Assembly: GCA_038496445.1 (NCBI GenBank)
Contig: JALMLS010000192.1
Coordinates: 1-55,095 of the forward strand
Length of the DNA: 55,095 nt
Source of the DNA: Trichosphaerium sp. ATCC 40318
Taxonomy: Eukaryota > Protista > Tubulinea
Reading direction: 5' to 3'
The position numbers and the translations under genes were made by a program. Numbering within the stretch: the first letter of the stretch is position 1; the number at the start of each line of letters is the position of its first letter. Below are positions 1 through 11,338 of this stretch, in pieces. The notes beneath the pieces were generated by a model, which saw only the letters and a program-made list of their open reading frames with translations, was not told where the DNA came from and ran no database searches.

Positions 1-799
1 CATGTACTCATTTTAACATATTCTGGTTATGCCAAATAGAGCAAGTAACAACATTAATACAATATAATACAACTGTTTAGAAGCTCTTAATCGCTTTACA
101 TAGTCCGGTGACTGTTTAAACACTTGAACTCAACACATGTAACAACTTATTTTGAAACAGTCTCTTTTTATTTCGATAATACTTCATCGTACTCACTACA
201 TGTCCAGACTCAATAATATCAGAATCAGTCTGCAATTATATGATTAGCCTTTTCAGTCTGGCTAGTGATTATTTTGTCAACTGTCTAAAATAGAATTTGT
301 TTAAATGGTTCGTATTAGTGGCATACAATACTTAGGAAGGGATAAAAATAGTTTTGTTACTGAAATTATATATTGTGTTTACAAAAAAATTCTATCGAAT
401 ATTGGACTTCAACTCCTTCCCGATTGATCTACATTCGAAGGAGATATGTGACATACGTAAGACGTACAATCAGTAACACACATAATAGTCAGGCCATTTT
501 TAATAACGGAGTTAGTCTGTAGTTGTACGGTAACGAGTAATTTACCGAAAAAAAGAAAAAACAAGCCGACTCAATAAAAACAAGTTGTACTCATTCCCTG
601 TCACCATTATCACGTGTTGTCTCAACACAGTTAATGGTATTTTTTGTGTTACACTACGCAAGTGTTCACGAGAAAGTGACATTGTTAAAAACACATTTCA
701 GAGCGTCTGGAGAGGTGAATACAGTGAGTTTGTATTATTTTCTTCAACCACGTTTTAGTAATGAGACTTTCCTTATTTGATTGATTTCACACTTTTTTG

Positions 800-1739
800 A
801 TGAAGGACCGCAACGCGTTGGAGGAGGCTGTATACAACAAATTGAAGGGTACAACCGTTCTACAGAAAATTGTTGCTAACATCAATCAAGATTATCGAGA
901 CACCTATCGCCAAACGTTTACGAATAATGACACCGTTGATTCACCACAAAGTAGCAGTGAGAGAATTGTACGCAAACCTAGTTTGATAACTCAGCTACTA
1001 AAATATTGTATATAACACTGTTGTTGGTCCAAGAGCTGACGTGCATCAACTGCCACAAACTCTAAAAGAGTGTAAATATAGCACCGTTAAAACGTACGAT
1101 TTTGTTCAATTGATTTTCTTACAGTTTTAGGTACCCTGAACCTGAAGTAAGGGAAAGCGGTAAAACTAGCTCTAACGATGTTCAATCACCTAATTTTGGT
1201 TACGGTGATTGCTCGATAGATACAACCTCTGAGGAGGATAAAAGCTGTCAGTACCCTGGCAACCACGCGGCAGATTATAGTACAGACTATGATGATGATT
1301 CACATTCAAAATGTGAAAGCATATTTACCCAGCAGGTTCGCTGCAGTTGTTTTTGATACTAGTGCAAGTAACACGGCAATCATAGACACAAATGTTGATC
1401 CTATACCACCTCAGGAAGTCAGCGATACAAATCTTGGCGGAACTCAAGAGTATGACCCTCAGGTACTTACACTTTGGTTTATTCGTTTGTTCTCTTATGT
1501 TAATTTGTGTTCAGCTGATTGATCACCCTTTACCACATCAAAACATTGGTATTAATTGGATTGAAACATTAATGGTCATCCCAAAATTTACAGAAAATCG
1601 AGCTGTAGAACTTGGAGATCTAATGATTGAATCAGGAATTGAGTCGGAAGAGGTAAATCAAAGAGTGCTTAAATCTCTTGGATTCGCTCCTTGTGAACGT
1701 GTTGAAATGATCAAAGCAAAGCGTAGTAAACTGTTTTAA
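800..1739 (+). CDS. Multi-exon protein of unknown function with a possible C-terminal SAM-like domain (5' end unresolved)
   Basis: Several ORF pieces can be joined through GT-AG introns. The last exon ends ...EEVNQRVLKSLGFAPCERVEMIKAKRSKLF*, which resembles the SAM pattern L-K-x-L-G...R. Confidence 0.4.
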
Positions 1740-1954
1740 ACCAAAGAATAAATTGTTTATTGTGTGCCTGGTCTTGTAGACATTCTTTTCTTTGTGTATT
1801 GTTTGTGTCATTCAAATCAGCGTGCAACATCTTGACTGACGCTCATATCACTATTTTTTAGTAGAAAAATGCTCCAAATCCATTTGCGTTGTGGTGTGCT
1901 TTTGAAAATACAACGAATCCATTTGCGTTTTTTACCTTGTGTTTCTCAGGAACA

Positions 1955-2455
1955 CTAAGATTTGCGAATATTAACTTTTTTGGTTACAGGTGCTTTACAG
2001 AGCTTTGTTGAAACAAAATAACAATCTGACAAGTGACATAATTGCTCATAGTTCTTTAGTTGGCCATCCTCATACCATTCCTTTTTGTTACCATCTTGTT
2101 TAGCGTCTATCCATAAGCTGTGGGACTGTATTGTCCATTCTCATACCAGCGTTTGCATTCACCATGTTGTTTATCGTCAACCCACATACATTGTTCCTTA
2201 AGTTGACCCACTTTCATACCAATATTTGTTTTCACCATGCTGTTTACCATTAACCCTCATACATTGTTCCTTAAGTTTTCCACTCTTGTACCATACTATC
2301 CATACACCTCTCTTTTGTAACAATTCATCATAATGTGTATTAACAGCAGCTCTTTTTGATAGACAGTGGAATTTTAAGAACACTTCTTCATTGAAAGTAC
2401 AAATATATGTCTGAACACGAGGAATATCTAATACCCTCAAAAGGTCCAATGCCAC
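1955..2455 (-). pseudogene. MORN-variant (YwqK-like) repeat protein with two frameshifts
   Basis: Repeats WYKSGKLKEQCMRVNGKQHG, WYESGQLKEQCMWVDDKQHG, WYENGQ..SHSLWIDAKQDG and WYEDGQLK read through a +1 shift (~2207) and a -1 shift (~2130). There is no ATG at the ORF start. Confidence 0.7.
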
Positions 2456-3264
2456 GTTACAGTTTGTATTATTTGTGCTAGACCACAGAAAAAATTAGAG
2501 GAAACGTTTGCCTTTGAATGGCAAATATTATTGAGGATTATGTTTTTCCAAAGAAATAGTTTTGGATGGACCTGAAAAAATGTTTTGTGTTAGCACTAAG
2601 CTGGGTTTTAGGTTGTTTGTGAAGTACGTAGCCCTCACAATACTCTACAAGCTCTTCATTAGGGATCCTTAAGGAGTACTTTATGGTGTGTGACGGCAAG
2701 ATCAGAAAGTCACCTGCTGCAAATCAGCTTTACTTTAACAAAATAGAGTTATTTCACGTCAAATCCTTCAAAAACTACAACGAGGAACTTACTAGCTCCT
2801 TTCTAGAGAGTTGAGCTGTAAACTAAGGCTTAATGTACCATGCTTTTAAATTAATATCTTAGTTAAAAGCGTTTAAAATAAGCTTGTTGGGTTGAAGTCC
2901 TTAAAGCTGTTGTGTTCAAATAATTTCAAAACTTAAGTACAGCTTGCTTATTGTCAGGATCACCATAGACCCGTCCTGACACAACAAGATTGTGACTAAA
3001 TGTATCACAAGATCAGAAAGATTACTAAATTCAATCAATTAATATGACAGAGAGGTGCTACCTACTCTGAGCACAATTTTGTACTGTACTGCAAATATAT
3101 ACTTGGGAATGCTAGAAAGAAAAACGGTAACTAGGATGAGCAAGGTTAAGTGAGATTTTAACGTTTGGGGACAGAATTAAGTTCCAAGGGTATTTATTGA
3201 CAGCTAGTAGATAAGAATAATGAAGGAGGCTATGTGGTATAGACTTGATTACTTTATTGGATTG

Positions 3265-4309
3265 TTAAAAAAGTATGGAGCACAGTGATATCAATAAACA
3301 GACTGCACTTAATGAAGGAAGGGTTGTGCTAACTTCTGAATTCGATGTTGGGGTCACTGTTGGTTCCATAGTTGGACTTGCAGTTGTAGGTGCGTTTGGT
3401 GAAATAGTTGTGTTTGTTGGTGCTTCAGTTGGCTCCATAGGGCTGGAAGTTGTTGGAGTGGCTGTTGTTGGAGTGGTTGTTGTTGGAGGTGATGTTGTTG
3501 GCGGCAAAGTGGGGGGTAAGGCTGAGGTCGGTTCAAAAGCACCAGTATAGAACAGTGCATTGGCTAAACATAATTCATAATGCTCAGAGGAACCATCATC
3601 AGAGAACAGGCGGACTTTATCAATAATAGTTGGTAACCCTATTTGTTCAATGTACGATGCTTTTACGGTTGAGTTACCCACTTGGCCGTATGTACAGTTT
3701 CTTGTTGAAGGATCATAACTGTAGATGAGATTAGCATTAGAAGTTTTATTGATAGAGGATGCTGAAAAGATTATGCGTACGAGAAATATATTGATACAAA
3801 CCCTCCCGGCATCGTATTTGTCTCACCGTGATTGTCGTCTTCATAAAACAAAAGCTCCTTGTTATAAAAATAAAAGCCATCATCAGTTGTGGGATTCCAT
3901 CCAAGTATCCTTCCATAGTCATCGTTCATCATGTTGAGATACACGCTAAATACAACGGTGTATGGAGCACGAATTATCAAAGGGTCTGGGTTGTTTAATA
4001 TCAACTCAGGGTTTACACCGCTTGGCAATTCAATACATCCTGAAGAGTAGTTTTGTGGTATGCCAATGGTTAAATTACTATGATTGTTACTTTAAGAAAA
4101 AAAGATATCACGTGAAAACATAAAAACACAATTTTGCATTTCTAGCGATATCAGAATGACGATATGTGTTTTCGAGCGTACCCAGAGCCAACACTGTCAT
4201 CTAGGTCATCATCAAAGTTAAATTCATGTACTAGCTTTTGCGACTGCGAGACTTGTACGAACGAAATCAATAGCCAGCATACAGATATTACGGAAGTTAA
4301 GAGTTGCAT
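3265..4309 (-). CDS. Secreted surface protein copy A: signal peptide, LamG/ConA-like beta domain, Thr/Pro stalk, C-terminal GPI-type signal (3 exons)
   Basis: Starts MQLLTSVISVCWLLISFVQVSQS, followed by HEFNFDDDLDDSVG. Two GT-AG introns join the ORFs. PTT-rich stalk and hydrophobic C-terminus LSAVCLLISLCSILF*. The fold assignment is inference. Confidence 0.75.
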
Positions 4310-5573
4310 TTGGTTCTTATCTTTCTAATTATAAGTAAACAACCACGTCAACAAAAGTTAAGAACAGTTAAAACAATTAAATGAATAAGTCAAATTGTGT
4401 AGGGTTTTCTTTAAACGCAGAGAGCATTTGGTAACAATTGCGTTCTGGTACGATCCTATTAAATTCTTGTTTAGCTGTATTTTTGTGTAGGTAAACATAC
4501 AGTTGGTCACCAAAAGGTTGTGTCACCTGCCCTCTTAGTAGCCATAAATGCTCTTGTAGTATTATTTTCGGTTTTGGTTTTAAAAGTGTGTTGACTTTCA
4601 ATGAATCCACGTGGATGGTTTTTTTGTGGTTATACAATTGGTTGCACTACATTTCGCGAAATTAGGCATGTTCTATTTCTTCGAAATTCGTTCTTTTTTA
4701 AGAACCTTTTGTTTCACACTTTTACATAACAGCGCATTTTTTCGTCAATCGCGGCTATTATCAATTTAAAAAAGTAGTGCAAGCCAATTAATTATACTTT
4801 TGTGTTTTTCTTAGAGTTTTGAACCGATTCGCGAAAAGAATTTGATTATTGTGATCTCGCTTCAATGTTAAGTGTTGTGCTATGTGAGCTCACTGGTAGC
4901 CACTGTAACAGTACCTCATTTGTAGTTGGAACATATTGCATGCGAATAATTACAGAAAACACGTGAGAGAGTTAACAAAGTGCACTGTAAAGCAACTTGG
5001 CTAACAACACAAAAAAAGTAGCAGAAACGTAGAGTGAAACGATTTACACGTACGTTGAGCCATGCTAATTGCTGTTTCAAAATCAACCAATTGTTTTTAG
5101 AAGTAGTACAAGCAATTTAAAGCTCCTAGTTCAGGCATACTGTTATTCAAGATTTACCACAATCAAACCTACTATTATTTGTTGTTAAAGAACACTGTAG
5201 CTAGAAAAATGAAAAAGTACAAACAGCCTCATATCAACCACAGCGATCAAGGAGCTCTTTTAGAGTTTGACTATTCTTCTACAGCTCGCACTTGTCTGCT
5301 CGGTCGAATGTAAACTGTACGTCAACAAGAAAGAATAGAAATCGCTCCAGAGTCCGTTTGGAAAGACAATGAGATAAGAAAAAAGTAAGATTCTGATTGC
5401 TCACTCGGTTTAACAGCAAGCGCCTGTGACATATCGTGCGGTTATTCTAAAGCGTTATATTTGCGGATATTTGGGTAAAAAAAATCGACTGTAAAAAAGA
5501 AACCGGGAAAAAAGTCAAACCCGTTTCGTAACGGTTAACAAATTTATTTATTCACAAAACTTACACATACAAC

Positions 5574-6389
5574 ATGAACGCACTCTCATCTTCTTCTGGT
5601 AGCATGTCCGTTGGCTCTAAAGGCAAATCCTCAAAATCAGTAATGAAAAGGTATAAATCCATCGTATTAACCGCTAAATACATCCTTACCCTTGTCCGTA
5701 GACTTCAAAACGAACTAATGAAGATGATGGTAAATAAAACTGTACTAACCGTTTTCCCGCTAATAACGAATAGATGACTCCTACCGAAGGCGTTACCGCG
5801 TTTCCAAACGGTGACAACATGTTTGAATGGTCCGCCACGTTAATCGGACCTGCCGGCACTGTACGTCGTTAATTTCATTCAAACACCTTCTCATGCGCCA
5901 CAGGTATACGAAGCACTTACTTACAAGCTCAAAATCGTATTTACATCTGAATATCCTTACAAAGCGCCTAAAGTGTCTTTCGTCACGTCTTGCTTTCATC
6001 CTAACGTTGATGCGCCATCTGGAGAGATTTGTTTGGATATCTTGAAAGATAAATGGTCTGCCTTGTACACCGTCAACACAATTTTGGTTTCCATCAGAAG
6101 TCTGTTGGGAGGTACGCTTAGTAGTTATTCAAATCATTTTTCAACGGAAACTTACCCAAAAGGCGGCAAAACTTGAAAAAAACGTGTTTCGTAAATTTTT
6201 TTTTGTTTTTTGTTCCGAATGTTTAAGCGAAAATATCTCTTCGTGTGCCTTTTGTTAATCCGTTTTATAGATCCTAACCCTGACAGTCCTTTAAATATCC
6301 ATGCTGCTGAGTTATGGGCTTGTCAAGATCGTTACAAGGAATATTTACTCAAAGATTATCAATCAAAGGTTGGACCACTTCCACAGTAA
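5574..6389 (+). CDS. UBE2C: Ubiquitin-conjugating enzyme E2 C (UbcH10/E2-C), 5 exons
   Basis: Introns at 5651-5701, 5730-5773, 5861-5903 and 6112-6270. The spliced protein has [25 protein letters not shown]...[14 protein letters not shown] and PNPDSPLN. Confidence 0.93.
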
Positions 6390-6884
6390 AAACTGAAGGA
6401 AAAAAAAAGAAAACCTTTTCGGTTTTGAGTTTGTAGCGGCTTTTTTTTTTGTAAATACTCTCGCAACACAAAGCCTAACACTGTGTGCAAGTACACATGT
6501 TTGTGCTACTAGTAAAATACTTGTTTAAACATAAATCTCCGCATAGTTTTTTTTTTGTTTTTTTTTTTGAATTACTGATTGACATCTACTCGAAACAATT
6601 CGTCTACGTAGAATTTGATTTTTTACGCGTACTGCTCGAGTAGTGGTTAGTTCAAAAAAAGTTCTAAATAATTAACGAAGGAAGTTAGCGGTTCGCTTTC
6701 TGCTACGCACCCGCTCAAGGACTCGCTCCTGTACACAAAACCCCAGCATTCGTCACAAAATGTAAGTTTTTCGAAGTGACTTCAAACTGCCTCAACTTTG
6801 TGGTTAAAAACGGCTTACCTGTAGCTTTCAACCACATGAATAGAACTTTAGTTTTAAAGCGTTTAGAACGGTATTGTATAAAAC

Positions 6885-7290
6885 GAACGAAGCCTTGTGT
6901 GTTTCGCGAATCCAATGTATGTGAACATGTTCACCACAGATTCGGTCAATTATGGCCCGGGGTCAACTGCCACTGTAAACGTTACTGCGCTATTTCCTAA
7001 GGCCCGTAGAGTTGTGTGAAATTATTCAAACATAAAATACTACAGGTTTTTTTACAATAATGCGCTACCCGTTGTCGTAAACTCCTACGCGATACCTACC
7101 AGCTGGGCTATACTTGAGTTGTTGGGAACTATTCACGTGGCCATTAAATGGCCGAACCTGTGGATGTATGCTACAAGAAGAAACCCATAACAAAAAAGCA
7201 TGTTGAATGTAGTGTGCTTAGAGATATATATCTCTAAGCAGTGAACAAGTTCATATAAGTTGGATTCGCGAAACACACAAGGCTGTGTTC
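6885..7290. repeat. Inverted-repeat (MITE/foldback-like) element with an internal 26-bp palindrome
   Basis: AGCCTTGTGTGTTTCGCGAATCCAA (6891-6915) is the exact reverse complement of 7260-7284 and extends imperfectly to about 50 bp. TGCTTAGAGATATATATCTCTAAGCA at 7215-7240 is a perfect palindrome. Confidence 0.75.
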
Positions 7291-7477
7291 TTATTCTAGA
7301 TAAAAACGGTCTCTTACTAATGGACTGTTTATGTACCGTTGACTAGCATTTCTCACATCTTCGCGCAGAGGAAAATTCTTGAAACAGAATGACGGCTCAA
7401 AAAATGTTCACAAACCGCATTTCTCTACTTCTTCATTTACTTTCAGGCCCTTAAACATTTGCCTACAAATATCTTGG

Positions 7478-8704
7478 ATGAAGCAACAAACGCAACTCTT
7501 AACTTCCGTAATATCTGTATGCTGGCTATTGATTTCGTTCGTACAAGTCTCGCAGTCGCAAAAGCTAGTACATGAATTTAACTTTGACAACAACCTAAAC
7601 GACAATGTTGGTTCTGGGTACGCTTAATCAACACAACTCTTTGTTCCCAAACTCAAATAAAAGAAAAAGCAAAATCGTGTTTTTTGGTATCACGTGACTA
7701 TCTTTTGTTCTAAGTAACATTCGTAGTACTTTAACCATTGGCATACCACAAATCTACTCTCCACAAGGATGTATTGAATTGCCAAGTGATACAAACCCTG
7801 AGTTGATATTAAACAACCCAGACCCTTTGATAATTCGTGCTCCATACACCGTTGTATTTAGCGTGTACCTCCCTATGTCGCAAGGGCGTACCTATGGAAG
7901 GATACTTGGATGGAATCCCACAACTGATGATGGCTTTTATTTTCGTAACAATGCGCTTACGTTTTATGAGGCAGGCAGTCGCGGTGTGACAAATACGATA
8001 CCGGGAGGGTTTGTATCAATATATTTCTCGTACGCATAATCTTTTCAGCCTCCTCTATCAATAAAACTTCTAATGCTAATCTCATCTACAGTTATGATCC
8101 TTCAACAAGAAACTGTACATACGGCCAAGTGGGTAACTCAACCGTAAAAGCATCGTACATTGAACAAATAGGGTTACCAACTATTATTGATAAAGTCCGC
8201 CTGTTCTCTGATGATTCCTCTGAGCATTATGAATTATGTTTAGCCAATGCACTGTTCTATACTGGTGCTTTTGAACCGACCTCAGCCTTACTCCCCACTT
8301 TGCCTCCAACAACATTACCACCAACAGCTATACCAACAACTTCCAGCCCTACATTAGAGCCAACTGAAGCACCAACAACCACTTCTAGTCCAACAACGTC
8401 GTCTCCAACCCCAATAAACACAACTGTTTCACCAAGCGCACCTACAACTGCAAGTCCAACCATGGAACCAACAGTGACCCCAACAAATACAACTGTTTCC
8501 CCAAGCACTATTTCTAGTCCAACAACGCCCTCTCCAACCCCAACAAACACAACTGTTTCACCAAGCGCACCTACAACTGCAAGTCCAACCATGGAACCAA
8601 CAGTGACCCCAACATCGAATTCAGAAGTTAGACTTGCATACACAACCCTTTCTTCATTAAGTGCAGTCTGTTTATTGATATCATTGTACTCCATACTTTT
8701 CTAA
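7478..8704 (+). CDS. Secreted surface protein copy B (inverted paralog of 3265-4309) with a longer Thr/Pro stalk
   Basis: Same 3-exon structure as copy A with long identical stretches. The stalk contains an internal duplication (NTTVSPSAPTTASPTMEPTVTPT x2). Hydrophobic C-terminus. Confidence 0.78.
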
Positions 8705-9222
8705 TAAACTAACTTCCTCATTGTTGCTACATGTCATTAAAGTTGCGAACAATTGTCAAACTTGATCAAGTCTATTTTTACACAATAGGTTACACAGTGC
8801 CTAGTTAGCGGCCATTTTGATATTTTGATAGTTTGGTAGTAAAGTAATCAGGGTTGGACTTACTATTGATTTACCGGTGACAACTCGTGGGGGAGAATCC
8901 TTGGATGGGTTCCTGACAATGCAAGCTATAGAGTACAGTCACGTGATGTAGCAGGTCACTGTAATACTCTGAACCTGCAAATACCTATGATGGCAATAAA
9001 ATATTAGTTCTTTGGTGGCAACTTCTTTTGTCTACTATTGTTACACAAAAGGAAGCTCACAGTTTGGTAATTGTAGCTATTCAATTTCGACGAAAAGTTG
9101 CTTATGACAATTCACGGATATTCAGTAAATCTTAGTTAAGTAAGCAACATAGGCCTAAAAAAAGCGGTTAACGTTAAGTCGAATACAACAACTCATTGAC
9201 AGCATCCAAGAAAGCGAGAACT

Positions 9223-11133
9223 ATGGCTCAACAACCAAGCCAACCGATAGATATGGACATGAAAGCCTTACTTCAACATATTTACGCTGAAAAGCAGTTC
9301 ACAGATTTTACTGTGGTACGTAGTGCGATACGCATCTCCAAGCAGTCCAATACATATTTTTAACACGTTTAATAGATTATAAACAATAAAGAGTACAAAA
9401 TACATAGATTCGTTCTATTACGTGCTAGCTTCTTTCAAAAGGCTCTATCAAGTACGTTTGGGTGTATACCACAGTTGTTGTAACTGATTCTTTGGGTACA
9501 AAAGACTGGAAACAAAAAGGTGAAAAAAATAACACGTGAGTTTTCTTTTCTTGGTTTCTTGCTTTATACATCACTGTTGCCTTATTTACAAGTTTCAGGC
9601 TAACGTTGTCAACTCCTGAGATTCCAGGACTAACAGATGATCACGTGGATATGTTTTTTAAAACATTGTATGACAAAGAACTTAAGTTTGATCCAAACAC
9701 TTGGCTATCGAGAGAAGAGTGGTTTAAAACCATAGCGTTGCCAGTTTACAGATTGAGTCAATACTTTGAATTCAACTGGCAGGTCAATTACTTGCAAGAA
9801 AAGTGGTTTAAACCAGGCGCACCTCACCATGTTGTTGATAAGTTGGAAGTACGTTTCAACCTTTCCAAGTTTTTACCCTCTGAAATATATACCTTGCTTC
9901 TTCTTGCGTTGACCTTTATAGCGGTTGATGCTCCTTCAAGACGCTCTTCCTAACTTTGAAGAGTTATGGGCAAAGCAAGTCGTACTTTTTGATAATTGCT
10001 GTAATTCCTCTGATTTATCCAAACAAACAATACTCCGCTTGCTATCAACAATGACTGGATCACTTCAATCCCGCATTGATGTAGCTAACAAATGGGTTGG
10101 CATGAAAAGCAAGGAGAAACATAGCAACAAATACAATCAAGATGGGAGAGGTGTAGAAATATCAGATGAAAGTTATCTAAATACTCAACAATACCCAGCT
10201 ATAGTCGCTATTTTAGCCAAGTATCTAGTATGCTGTCCTAGTCTAGATCAATTGAAAGAGTACGAAGAGTTAAATATGTTCGATGAGAAAGACATAAATA
10301 CTACAAGAAGCTTTTTGTCACAACTTTCAGAATGTCATCTTAAAGACTTGAATACTAGTTTGACCCACGTGATTTTTCAGCATGAGCTAAGGTACTTTAT
10401 TCCCTCCCCTACAACCTTTTGAGTAATTTTTGAGTAGCGTGGATAATGATTATAACAGTGATGTTACAAGTATACTTGGTTGTCTTAAAGTTCACTTGAT
10501 AATGACACCAAAATATTTTCGTGCTAGTTTTACACACCAGTACGGTTTTTTTGTTAACAGCATATGCTTTGTTGTCAGAACAGACTGCCTAGCTATGCAT
10601 TTTTCCTATTATTTTCTGAAATTGACGCCATTTCAAGTCGCTGAGTCAGTCGATGCCAAATTTTCTGTTGATTGTTTATTTTTGCTAATGTATTGCAATT
10701 CAAAATAATACCTACAAAATAGTTGGATCTTTGAAGCAAAGGTTGTATACGATGGTAGTGATATTAAGGAACCCACTAACATTGCTTTTGATATTACTCT
10801 AAAAAATACACCTTATGGTGAAGAGGTGCGTTACAAGAATAGCATTTATTGGTGATGCATTTTTAGTGGAAATATGTTTTAGATTCAGAGTACGAGTTTA
10901 ATTTGGATATTGTGCCGCTTGCTGGTGAACATGTGGAACGTAAATTCAAACTACCAACATTATATGGTAAGGAAGGCGAACCCGAAATTGAGGTCACTGC
11001 TGGTATGTTTGTTACAATTGTACCAAAGTTCGTACAGCCATGCACAAAAAAAATAAAGTCCATTTGACAACTTTGCTATGCAAAAAAAATATTGCCAAAA
11101 GTCTACTTTGGTTACAAAGCTTCAGTTGTTTAG
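9223..11133 (+). CDS. BTB/POZ domain protein, multi-exon
   Basis: The spliced N-terminus FTDFTV|IINNKEYKIHRFVLLRASFFQKALS..DWK is a typical BTB motif. The last exon ends VYFGYKASVV* (TAG 11131-11133). Some internal splice sites are uncertain. Confidence 0.75.
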
Positions 11134-11338
11134 GGTGACACTTCATACGTTAATCATATCTAGTCCTTTGCCATGCAGAATCACTTTGAGTTATCAGGTA
11201 ATATTGCCAAGCAGTATGTCACTCACTTAAAAATTGCAATGTAGCATGTGCTTGTGTAAGGTTGCACCTCCAATAGAAACAGTTGGCGTGTAATAGGTAA
11301 GTGAGTTGGTATTTACAGTTGTACAAGCAAGTAGAGTT

